Shown piece by piece: positions 50,701 to 61,361 of a DNA stretch of 64,000 nt. Position 1 is the stretch's first letter; each line of letters starts with the position of its first letter. Source of the DNA: Laetmonice hystrix. Its lineage: Eukaryota. The translations under genes and the position numbers were made by a program. The notes beneath the pieces are model-generated. The model was not told where the DNA came from. It saw only the letters and a list, made by a program, of their open reading frames with translations, and did no database searches. The stretch covers positions 5,146,001 to 5,210,000 of the forward strand of contig OZ249441.1 of NCBI GenBank assembly GCA_965235115.1, given 5' to 3'.

Positions 50701-52222
50701 TTTTCCTGATCTTTAATGTGTGGTGGACTGTTATGCTGTGAGTTTTTCATGTATTTAAATAAAAAAAATGCCATTGCAATAGTTTGGTTTTCCTCAAGAT
50801 AAAGTACATTGTAATTTTAAATGAATTTTTAAAAAATCAAGTAAAAAAATGCAATCTTATGACTTTTTTCTTTCTTAAGACAGGAAATTAAAGGTTGTTT
50901 TTGTTGTTGGTCCCAGGAGGTTCTGCCAGGGGTGGTTGATGGGAAGGTGATCCGAAATTAACGGTTGTTTTTGTTGTTGGTCCCAGGAGGTTCTGCCAGG
51001 GCTGGTTGATGGGAAGGTGATCCGTTGTATGCGCATCATCAATCCCGACCAGGATGAGTATCCCGGACTTGTGCAGGTGGGTGTGGAAGACGAGGAGAAA
51101 CCCGAGACCTATACTTACGGTATCACATCCCTGGCAGACAAGAGAGACTTCCTGCAGAAGGGGGACATTGTCAAGTTCCAGATTGCCCTGGTCAAGGGTT
51201 CAAACAAGAAGCGGGCTACCAATGTTGCAGCAGTGCGCAAATATGTTAAAGCTCGTGTTGACTCTGTCAAAGGACAGGTTTGTACCCAACCTTCTATTAG
51301 AAATACGAAAATAAACCATTTTCCATCTAGGGAGGAATTTAAATATTTAAACACTTTACGTAGTAACCCCCAAAGTTGTTAGCAGATTAGGAGGATGCTG
51401 AAGGAGAGGGTTTTCTGTATTTACAGCACCAAACTGATTAAAAAGGTGAAATATTGTTTGATAAAAAAAAAATTGCACTTACATTGTCCGTCTTTGCTGA
51501 AGACCTATTTTGTGTTGTGTTATTGAACTCCATCGCACTTTTTGCACTGGGAAACCTTTGTTTTATCTTTTGAACTTGACACAGTTTGGGTTCCTGAACT
51601 ATGAAGTGGAGGAGAACAAGAAGCTGTTCTTCCATATGACGGAGGTTCATGACAACGTTGAGCTGCAGGCTGGCGACGAGGTAGAGTTTGTTGTTGTACA
51701 AAACCAGCGCAACAGCAAATATTCAGCGTGCAGTCTTCGTAAAATTATTGCTGTGTAAGTATTATTTATCTTTCGAATAAATTCAGGTAAAAAGCTTAAA
51801 ATGACTAAAGTGACACTCTGGAGCTCATGTGTCTTGCTACAACTGGATATTCTGTAAAAGAGCCAAAGTTCTTCCAAGGCAGAGCTACGGTTTGATAAAA
51901 AAAAGTGTAACATAACATTATGCTCTTTGATTTGATATTGGCATTCTAACATTGGATTTAATTTCATGGGCTCTTTTAAAGTAGCACCACATCAATTTAT
52001 GACAAAATGTAGATACATAATCTGAAATCCAGCTCAAGTATGGGAGGTTGATGATCATGTTACAGGGAGCGCCCACGTCCAGAACGCCTGATATCGCGTC
52101 TGAAGAGTGTTGGCGACGAGTGCGGACCCAAGGTCGTCTGTATGCGCCAACCCCGTGGGCCTGATGGAACTAAGGGCTTCAATGTGGAGAGGGTAGTCTG
52201 GAAGGCACCCGAGGCTTGTTAA
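41763..52222 (+). CDS. CSDE1: Cold shock domain-containing protein E1 (UNR), RNA-binding protein with repeated cold-shock domains and a C-terminal SUZ-C motif, 818 aa, 14 coding exons
   Basis: Exons 41763-41783, 41927-42179, 42618-42778, 42974-43125, 43233-43446, 43580-43749, 48155-48470, 48796-48931, 49072-49187, 49920-50092, 50330-50456, 50987-51277, 51585-51754, 52066-52222 (2457 nt). Motifs [18 protein letters not shown], five GF(I/L)...FFH(F/Y/M) CSD cores, [14 protein letters not shown] and [12 protein letters not shown]. The acceptor at 48154 is AAG, chosen on phase. Confidence 0.97.
45493..45747. mobile_element. Second copy of the ~250-bp TGAGC-repeat MITE, in CSDE1 intron 6
   Basis: Shares ttttttgtttacttttccaccatgagcaagggtgagctgagctgagca and the right end ggtggaaaagtaaaaaacgggcc with 15175-15421. 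The left terminus and TSD are degenerate. Confidence 0.85.
46994..47261. mobile_element. 268-bp MITE with TTAA TSD (Kolobok-like)
   Basis: TTAA|AGGGGCACAAT ... ATTGTGCCCCT|TTAA (46990-46993, 47262-47265). Confidence 0.8.
49282..49912. repeat. Degenerate 16-bp minisatellite filling most of CSDE1 intron 9
   Basis: Unit gttacatcgtttggat / gttatatcgtttggat with short variants; runs directly into the acceptor tttttgcag at 49918-49919. Confidence 0.95.
50884..51023 (+). repeat. 70-bp tandem duplication spanning the CSDE1 intron 11/exon 12 boundary
   Basis: Copies at 50884-50953 and 50954-51023, with two mismatches (50892 a / 50962 c; 50932 g / 51002 c). Confidence 0.95.
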
Positions 52223-53407
52223 AGAAGAAATGCCGTAACCATAGCAACAGCATCCCCACCCCCACCCCCCCACAATCATTTATACCCCTACAAGATGCTT
52301 GATATGTTGCATATATGCGAGCTATGTTTCTCTGCTGCTCAGCATGTGCATCGTGCTTCTTTGTCATGGAATGTCATCCAAAGTGTTGCAGATAAAATGG
52401 CATTACTTAAGCCACTGTGAATATAACAATTTCGACATAAGCTCCCCCCCCCCAAAAAAAACACAACAGTTGTCCAAGATGACATTGGCACAGATGTTAT
52501 AGGCTACAAAGATTTCAAGCGAGAGCCAATCACAGTGTTTATTATTTGATCCTTTACCTAGGGCATGTATCGGTTTGCTTATGCACAATTATTGTCATTG
52601 ACATGCCCCCTTTTAAAGAAGTCGCCTTTTTCCAAAAACAAAATCCACGAAAAAAAATAACCCAAAAAACAAAAATAACATAAAAAAAAATTTTGATAAG
52701 GGAAATAAGTTGCTGCACTGCTTGTTATTTGTTCCCCTAAATGATGCTTTTCACTTTTGCGTTTGGGATGTATGCTCTCTCATCCCCTTATGAGATTGGT
52801 AGGAAGAATTTATATACATTACATAATATATAACCTGCAAATGATAACTGCAAGTCGCGTGGTAAACACAACCAACAATATGAATGAGGATTGGATGCGT
52901 CTGAATGTGCACGTGTAGTTCAAGGTGTGTATGACTTCAAGTTGTAAATGATAAGGTATGGAAGGCAAGAGAGGGCACATCCCCCACTAACATTTGAATT
53001 AAGAGAGTGTAGTCTAGTAACAACCCCCCTCCCCTCCCCTCCCCCCCCCAAAAAAAAACAACTAAAAAATACCCTACAAAATTGGAAAACGATTCCCGCC
53101 CCTCCCTTTCCCCCTGAAAAACTGTTGCAGAATGAGTCGGCCGTCAGCAGCATGGACCTCGGTTCCCAGCATGCTCCGCGCTAACCATCATAGCAGATCT
53201 GTATTGCAGCAAAATGAAAAAAAAAAAAACCTAAGTACGTGAAGATAATGTAATGTGATTGCAGGTCAACTGAGAAATGGTGGCTGGTAGGGAATTCCTA
53301 TGCATGCAATGCCAAATGTCTATGGAAAAAAAAATGAGGAAAAAATGGAATTTTTAAACAATGATTGGTCCAGTGGATGTGATGAACTATATTATCATTG
53401 GATAACG

Positions 53408-53485
53408 CGCCGAGGAAGGTGATTGGCTATCCACGCCGAGGAAGGTGATTGGCTATCCACGCCGAGGAAGGTGATTGGCTATCCA
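53408..53485. repeat. 26-bp tandem repeat, 3 copies
   Basis: cgccgaggaaggtgattggctatcca three times. Confidence 0.95.
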
Positions 53486-54279
53486 CATGTTCAAGGGGAA
53501 GTGATTGAGCCCCAAGTGTGCAGCACCAAGGTGTGTATCTAGGTCTGTAACGGGATCCGAGTACAGGTTGACATCAAAATATTGCCTCCACCACGCAGGA
53601 AACGAAACAACTCGATGAGATAAGACGGAATGTCGGGGTTTTTTTTCACTCTCTCTCTCAGTCCGAAAATTAGGACTAGAAACAAAGCTACCTTATTACC
53701 GCCTTATCTTAGGATCCATTCGTTGTTTGATAGCTGGAGCGATCGATCTTTTGGCAACCAGGCAGAAAAATGCAAGGAAAATCGGATCCAATAACTGTAG
53801 ACGGGCACAGGACCAACACTGGATCTTAAACCGTCAGCACATATACAACATTTAATGCTTAGACTTTTTGGATGCAGAAGTTGGAGAAAGCAGGGGTGGT
53901 TATACGCATAGTGCTTTGGCAAGTCCAGTGGTTTAAGCTCTACTGAACTTGGCACAATGAATTCGAGGATAATGTAATTAGCCTCGCGGATTCTATGGAA
54001 ACCTTGATCTGGGCTAGACAGAATCGGCAGCAGCAGTGTTCGGTTCACTGTTCGATGCTGCTGTACTGTGTGGCCACCTGTGGTATTTCTTTCTGACGCT
54101 TCTGCATTTTCTCCCGTTGCCATAAGGTTTCGGAGTACCAATGTTATCTGCCTATTTTATAAACTGTGCCCATAAGTTTGGCACAGCACTTCTCCGTTGT
54201 CTCCATGGCACCAATGGAAGTGCTTGGTCCAACCTGCTGTGATGATGAAATATTCAACTGAATAAACCCAACTAATGCA

Positions 54280-54443
54280 GACCAGTCAAACAAGCCTTGG
54301 CGTTCTTATTACCCCGACCGACCAGTCAAACAAGCCTTGGCGTTCTTATTACCCCAACCGACCAGTCAAACAAGTCTTGGCGTTCTTATTACCCCAACCG
54401 ACCAGTCAAACAAGTCTTGGCGTTCTTATTACCCCTACCGACC
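54280..54443. repeat. 40-bp tandem repeat, ~4 copies
   Basis: gaccagtcaaacaagccttggcgttcttattaccccgacc at 54280, 54320, 54360 and 54400. Confidence 0.95.
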
Positions 54444-54523
54444 GGTATGAGAGTCGCAATAAGACTTATCGAAACTTTATAGAAACGGCCTCCCAACACT
54501 GACATAATGGGCTTCAGGGTGTA

Positions 54524-55038
54524 TACAAAACGAAGACCTAAGACCATCTTCGCTTTGCAGAAACCCAGTGGGCATTCTACAAAACGAAGACCTAAGACCA
54601 TCTTCGCTTTGCAGAAACCCAGTGGGCATTCTACAAAACGAAGACCTAAGACCATCTTCGCTTTGCAGAAACCCAGTGGGCATTTTACAAAACGAAGACC
54701 TAAGACCATCTTCGCTTTGCAGAAACCCAGTGGGCACTACAAAACGAAGACCTAAGACCATCTTCGCTTTGCAGAAACTTACCCAGTGGACATTTTACAA
54801 AACGAAGACCTGAGACCATCTTTGCGTTGTAGAAACCCAGTGGGCATTCTACAAAACGAAGTCCTAGGGCCTAAGACCATCTTTGCGTCGTAGAAACCCA
54901 GTGGGCATTCTACAAAACGAAGACCTAAGGCCATGCATCTTTGCGTTGTAGAAACCCGCAGTGGGCATTCTACAAAAAGAAGACCTAAGACCATCTTCGC
55001 TTTGCAGAAACCCAGTTGGCATTCAACAAAACGAAGAC
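54524..55038. repeat. 54-bp minisatellite, ~9.5 copies
   Basis: tacaaaacgaagacctaagaccatcttcgctttgcagaaacccagtgggcattc; later units carry small indels. Confidence 0.95.
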
Positions 55039-56481
55039 CCTACATTAAAATTGTCCAGAAACCATAATAATTGAGAATACCAGTGACTTTGTTTTTTATA
55101 CATTGTGGAAACGCATAAAATATCCATCTTTTGAGAATTGGAAAATGTTTATGATTGGCAGCTGCCCGCTCCCCAGTAACGATGATGAGAAGAAGTGCCT
55201 TTTAATTCGGGGCGCCTTGACAGGTCGTATCCATGTTGATCTCATATCTTTGTATATTCGTTTATTCGCCTAGAAAAATTTAATTCCAAATCTGAAGTAC
55301 AGAAGATGTGCTCTCTTCCACCAATAGGCTATAGGCCACACTGACTATAATCTAAGTCTAGGCCTATGTTATGCGATACAAGTATCAACTATAGGCCTAG
55401 ATGTCGGCAGTTGCATCATGGCCGTAGTCTGGAATGTGGAGAACAACAATCCGGTCCATCTCCTACTTTCCTCTCTCAATTTCTGATGATGATTCTTACA
55501 TGATTCTACTAGTAAGGGTAGCCTAGATCTATTCGTTATTAGGCCTATATCTGCACATGTGTGTAGATCCTCTATCCTTAATTCGCACAGATGGCCTGCC
55601 GTCAGTCCATTGTCAGCTATATGCCGCTAGGTGGCAACTCCACGATAGAGGGCGCCTTGAGAGGTCGTATGTTGATCTCATCTTTATATTTCCGTTTATT
55701 TGGTTATTTATGACTGAAAATTTGAGTGATACAGTGCAGGCCGAGATGACTATATGACTGACAGCTATTGAGCCACATTAAAAGTGAACATCGGCGCATA
55801 TTTCGCAGGTTTCATAATTACTGCAAGACTGAATGTGTCGCGGCTGCTAAGAACGTTCGAGACTGCAAATTTTCGGAATTTATCCATCTTTCCCGATGAA
55901 CAATCCCGCGGTAGGCCAGATAGGCCTACTACTTTACGCACTATGCGATTTGTGATGTGACCAAACCCGTGGAATCTACGCAATTACATCTGTTCAAGCA
56001 GCTAGACCGTCGCTAACGGCACAGAGTGAAGAAAGCCGTTTCGGGGGCCTACTAGTCCTGAGCGTTCTAACTTTTAATAGGCCCTACACTCTAAAAACAG
56101 ATTGGTTGAATTAACCAATATTGGTTCAAATGCATCTCAATGCGCAAGAACGGATTAACGGTGCACGGCTGACGAATTTATGTTAATATGTCCAGATTAT
56201 CGTTCTTTTCTCAGCTAAAAGGCAGGTATTTACCTTTGATAGCGTTTCTGCTTGATGTTGAAAGCGTTTGGGGGAAATATAGGAAAATTGTCAACTTAGA
56301 TGTACGTATAGTGGCTTTCCATATGTACGTTTTTCAGATCCGTCACCCGTCATCCGACATCCGCAAAATACGCGTCCATGCTGAAGTCCATGCTAAAGTC
56401 ATTATGCCCTTTCCATATGTCCGTCACCCGTCATAAGTCTCCGATTAAATCGCTACCCGATGCGCATTTTGCGGACCACTA

Positions 56482-57285
56482 CACTCTAAAAACTAAAGAG
56501 TTGCAGGGAGCTCGTAAAGAGTTGCGTGCACCTCTTTGCAACAGCCTGTACGGTGACTGCTCTTTGAGTGTTACATTAACTCTTTCGAAAGAGCAGAAAT
56601 CTCAACCCTGTAAAGGGGTTATGTCGCGACTCTTTCCAGAGCTACAGGGAACTCAATGAAGGGGTTCGGGTGACACTTAAGGGGTATTTCCCTACTCTTT
56701 CTTGTGGTTCAACTTTCACCCGAAAATTACGTTGGCCAATTAAACCAAATTGCTACTTAATTAGTTGAGATCCAGTCTTGGAGCAAACCGTATGGCCTGA
56801 TGGCTTCAGACAGATCCATTAGTATAAAGTTCAAACGTCTGCAGCCGAAGAGGCACTTCGCATTTGAAAACGTCGAATGTCTTTACCAAGGAGTTAATAT
56901 TATGTTCTCTTGCCCCCCAAGATGGTGTTTCCAGGAGCATAGTCATCGACACAAAGACTGCATTTATATTATTGTCAATTTATGCTCACGGTCGAATTAA
57001 CCGGCTGTCACAGGTATATGACACGCGGGGTAAAGAGTCAAAAAAGGGGCAGGTAAGAGTCAACACATGATCAATCAAACTGACCCTTTTAAGGGTTTAA
57101 ATAACTCTTTTTCTGTAAAATACAGTGAACTCGTTGAAAGAGTTAAACACAACCCCTGATATTCTGTAAAGGTTTAACCCACTGACTCTTAAAGAGTTGC
57201 AGCAACTCTTTAGCAGCTCTTTAAGAGTTAAATGCGAGTCTGCTCTTTGAAAGAGTAGATTTACAACTCTTTAGTTTTTAGAGTG
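56482..57285. mobile_element. 804-bp non-autonomous EnSpm/CACTA-like element
   Basis: Perfect 22-bp TIR CACTCTAAAAACTAAAGAGTTG; TA at 56480-56481 and 57286-57287; dense subterminal AAGAGTT/AACTCTT motifs. Confidence 0.85.
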
Positions 57286-57477
57286 TATGACCTGACGGAC
57301 GTCAAATTCATCATCACCATGCAATATGCCTATTCTGGGAGATTCCTCATCCCAGAGAGGGGTTTCCCAAAGCACATAGCACGTCATATAGTGTTGCCAC
57401 TACAACAACTTTACTCGGGATGATCCTATTGGCTAACCAGAATTTTTATGAATGGCGCCTCAGACTGTGCTGTAATC

Positions 57478-57783
57478 TACGGAAGCCCGTTGATGCCACA
57501 ATGTGAAAATATTTCATATAGCCGCCGCGACATAATTATGTGGCGGCCGCGACATAATTATGTGGCGGCCGCGACATAATTATGTGGCGGCCGCGACATA
57601 ATAACTGGCGGCCGCGACATAATTATGTGGCGGCCGCGAGATAATTATGTCGCGGCCGCCAGTTATTATGTCGCGGCCGCCACATAATTATGTCGCAGCC
57701 GCCACATAATAATGTCGCGGCGGCTATATGAAATATTTTCACATTGTGGCATCAACGGGCTTCCGTATCAACGGGCTTCCGTA
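57478..57783. mobile_element. 306-bp foldback element with internal 22-bp GCGGCCGC-containing repeats and 6-bp TSD
   Basis: Arms TACGGAAGCCCGTTGATGCCACAATGTGAAAATATTTCATATAGCCGCC and reverse complement; GTAATC at 57472-57477 and 57784-57789. Confidence 0.9.
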
Positions 57784-58632
57784 GTAATCTGATTGGTCGG
57801 GACTCGTCACTAAACGCACGGCCCAGGTGCTGCTGCCTGTGAAGCACTCCCCTACGAGAATCGGGCGTTGTGTCGTGAGGGGGGGGGGGGGGGGGTCACT
57901 GCAAGCGGTTCAACTCCGAGCGTGTGAGGATGGTAAACTAGATATAGTTGTCAATACTATAGAGGTCGGTTTTACCACGTACCAAATATTTGTAACATTG
58001 ACACAACTAAGTTGATTTGTTACTTTACTGTATTTTTCCACTTTTGTGTAAGGGTTATATTTTGTATACAAACCCCTTGCGGATGTGCTATAGCGTATTA
58101 ATTGTCGCATGCTGCTGGAGTGAGTTGGAGTGAAGCAAGGAATTGGATTGAGTCCAAACGAACTTCGGTAAAAGAGTGGGGTGTGGTAGGTGACATTACA
58201 CACAGTATATAGACTAAGACTCTATGCAGACCGTGACCAAACGTGTCTTTGACACACTTCAGACCGCATCGATCGGCATTCACCATTTCAGGTAGGCGTG
58301 CATTTTCTGTCTGACAAACCACTCGATGCACGGCAGAGCTCTAGGTCTAATTATGAGATGTTTGAAGGCAGCTTTTAAGTTTAAATACCAGGGTTACTTG
58401 CTTCCCCTCCCTCCTTGGTACCAGCTTTACTACACTTGTCTTACAGTTGTGCGGCGGTACAGCCAACCCCTGAAAACTGGGGCATAAAAAAAGATTTCGC
58501 GGGGAATCACCGGTTCAGCGCGCACATGGGCCTATCCAGGACGGTCCATAATGATGTAGGCCAATATACGTACTTGGTCCACACCGCCGGGCGATTTGGC
58601 CCTTGTAGGGTGTAAATGGTATAGAGTCTATA

Positions 58633-59306
58633 GACTCAAAAACTTTGCTTCATCATTTTGACGAATGTAGGTTCGTCAGCAAGTTTCGACGAACAGGATT
58701 AGTCATTTTGACGAACCCATATTAGTCATTTACTTGGCCACTTGGTGGCGCTATCAACATCACGTGTTGGAGTAAACTTGGATGGCGCCTGATTTTGTGG
58801 TGTATTTACTTCATGATTGTTATATTCTTGAATAGTATATACTGGGTTTCATGATATAATTATCTGTTATATAGAAAGTCAATAAAAATCTGGCTACCTA
58901 CAGAAGGAAAAAAGGAAAGGTTGAAGACCTGAGTGTTCAAAGTACCAGACACCCATTTTTATAGTCGACCAGAGTTAGGACATTTTCTTTGCCACATTTG
59001 AGACCTAAAACAGTCACCGTCCTTGCCTAGCCGTAATTTTTGCAGGCAGTTGGATAGTCCATTTATGGCTCAATTTATGGGTAAGCTACTTGCCCAACCA
59101 AAGGATTGACAAATCCAGCACTGCTCAGATTCAAAATTGTTCAAAAATTTGTATATTTGACTAATCTAGGTTCGTCACTTTGACGAATGCTATTCGTCAT
59201 ATTGACGAATCTGAGTTCGTCAAAATGATGAACAGGTTCGTCGTCTCGGAGATGGACAGATGACGAACCTATATTCGTCATATTGACGAAGCAAAGTTTT
59301 TCAGTG
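58633..59306. mobile_element. ~670-bp degenerate CACTA-like non-autonomous element
   Basis: Ends gactcaaaaactttgcttc / gaagcaaagtttttcagtg; many subterminal TGACGAA/TTCGTCA motifs at both ends. Confidence 0.65.
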
Positions 59307-60362
59307 AGTAGAAAAAAGGAAAATACCTGATTCTAGATATTGTAATAATTCACGCTCCTGGAGAATCCGGGAGATGGAGTTGTCCTGAAAAGTCGTTAAA
59401 AACTGGCAAAACTCCAGTGATCCTGGAATCCTGTTAGCCAGGGGAGAATTATCGTGGAGAAGTCGCTAGAATCACGGATGTGCAGAGGTCCATAGAGACG
59501 AGAGATGAAAAGTGAGTGGAACGGACGGTTGTTATAGGGGAGGTGGAGGCCGTATTTATAACTGCAAGTATATACCGCAGGGACTGCGTATAGAGTCTAC
59601 TTTATAAGCTCATTTAAAAGAGAATGAAGGATAATGTAAAACCCCATGAGATCCTGGAAACACATGTTGTTTTTTTTATCTTGGAATATCCTGGAAAACT
59701 GGTTTGCTAAATGTTTGGGAACCCTGATAACAGTGACATTAAATACGTCACTTATTTCTACATTAACCCAACTAGCCCACGCTGTGCCCAGTACCCCACT
59801 CCCTCCCCGGTGTATAGGCGCTGGTCCAGATTTAGGGATTAAAGCTAGGCATCCATAGATCCGTATGTGCGTATGGGTAATGCGTAAGCATAATGCGTAG
59901 CCTAATTAAAAGGTCACAATGGATAGTGCGTATGCGTGAAGAGTAAGGTTTTACGCACTACGCAAGCCATTGCCTCCTGCATGACCCTTTTTTTACGCAT
60001 ACGCAGGGGGAATTCCATATGACGTAAGAAACGTGGTGTTTTCCCGGAATGAATGACAGATTGTGGGCCCTGGGAGTCCGAATAGGGCCTATAGGCCTAG
60101 GCCTACTTCACAGAGCCACGGCCAAGAGTTAATAGGTCTAGCTATACCCTACTCGTATGTGAGTCGAATGTTCGTCATCACTGACCGGTCCGACCCGCCC
60201 ACACTCCGCCCTTTCAGCGACCAATCAGCTATCTGTTTTCATTCACGCTGCGGCCTGATTGGTTCCAATGCTTGTCTGTGATTGGTTTAAAATGATGTCA
60301 CTGATTACAATTAAATATAGCTTTACCCGCTCCTAGAATCAGCGTCAACACAGCAGGTTTAA

Positions 60363-60934
60363 AGGGAAATGTGAGTGTTCGAATCCACCACTAGAATTTT
60401 CAAAATATTTTTATGGGGGATAGCCTTTGTCCTTAGGAGTACAAAGAAACAAAAAAAATCATATGTCACCGAATTAGATTTTTGTATACAGGCCTCCGTA
60501 AAAAATGGGTCTTTACTATAGGTTTCAATGGGAAAAACAGGATTTTTCAGACATTTTGACTAATAGTTAAAAAATGACCACCAATTTTCTCCTGAAACTC
60601 GGTGACAAGATAAAGTGGATCAAGACTAATAGTTTAAAACAAAAAAAATTGGGGGTCACCGAATCAACAAAAAAGTTACAGCCTGCCAAACAGTCAGTGC
60701 CTTGGTAAAACACGGGTCTTAACTATAGCATTCAATGGAGTAGACAGGTTCTGGCACACAGTTTGGTTCAGTGTTTAAAAAATACTACTGATTTCCAGAT
60801 CAACCTAGTTGACTGCATAAATAAGCCAAACAGTTTTCTTTTAAAGCTCAATACGCGGCGCTTTGAATACTCACATTTTCCCCGTGGTACCAACGCGGCT
60901 CACTAGGTGGCGCTTTGAACACTCACATTTCCCT
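60363..60934. mobile_element. 572-bp non-autonomous Kolobok-like element
   Basis: TTAA|AGGGAAATGTGAGTGTTC ... GAACACTCACATTTCCCT|TTAA (60359-60362, 60935-60938). Confidence 0.85.
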
Positions 60935-61361
60935 TTAAGTTGACGCTGACCGCAGCGTGAACTAGCCCTACTCAGAGGCAACCTAAAAAAGAAACAATTT
61001 CGGTCAATGGACAAATCAACTAACAGAGCCAGGAATTATTGTGTCTCATACAAACCAATGGGGAAATGGACAAAGTGAACGTGTGACACATGCTTCTGCC
61101 CTGACCTTGCAGATGACCTTGCACAGGGCACACGTGTCCTAGGGTGTTGATCAGCTGACCATGTTGCCTATAGTCCCTGGACAGGAATCTCCTGGGTCTT
61201 AAACAGTGGCGCAGGATACGAGGAAAGGGGGCGAGGGGTTGTGGCTCCCCCAATAGAAAAATAGGGGACAGAGTATGTTTCTATATACCATTGATTGCTT
61301 TTCCTGACTGACTGACTGATTTTGTTTAATTTCAGATACTTCAAAAAGTTATTAAATAAGC

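Noticed and set aside
53704-54141. 145-aa minus-strand ORF
   Set aside because: No recognisable motifs or splice support.
54281-54444. 40-bp array flanked by ctaatgcag and G|gtatga, resembling an exon
   Set aside because: The unit is not a multiple of 3 and no partner exons were found; AG/GT flanks are common by chance.
39988-60914. CTCF-like motifs (e.g. gcgccacctagcga near 39988, ccacttggtggcgc near 58738, cactaggtggcgc at 60901)
   Set aside because: They are short degenerate matches, mostly inside transposon remnants, and not supportable without ChIP or conservation data.
52223-61361. Search for an NRAS-like gene directly downstream of CSDE1, as in vertebrates
   Set aside because: No Ras-family exon was recognised; absence of this linkage in an invertebrate is unsurprising.
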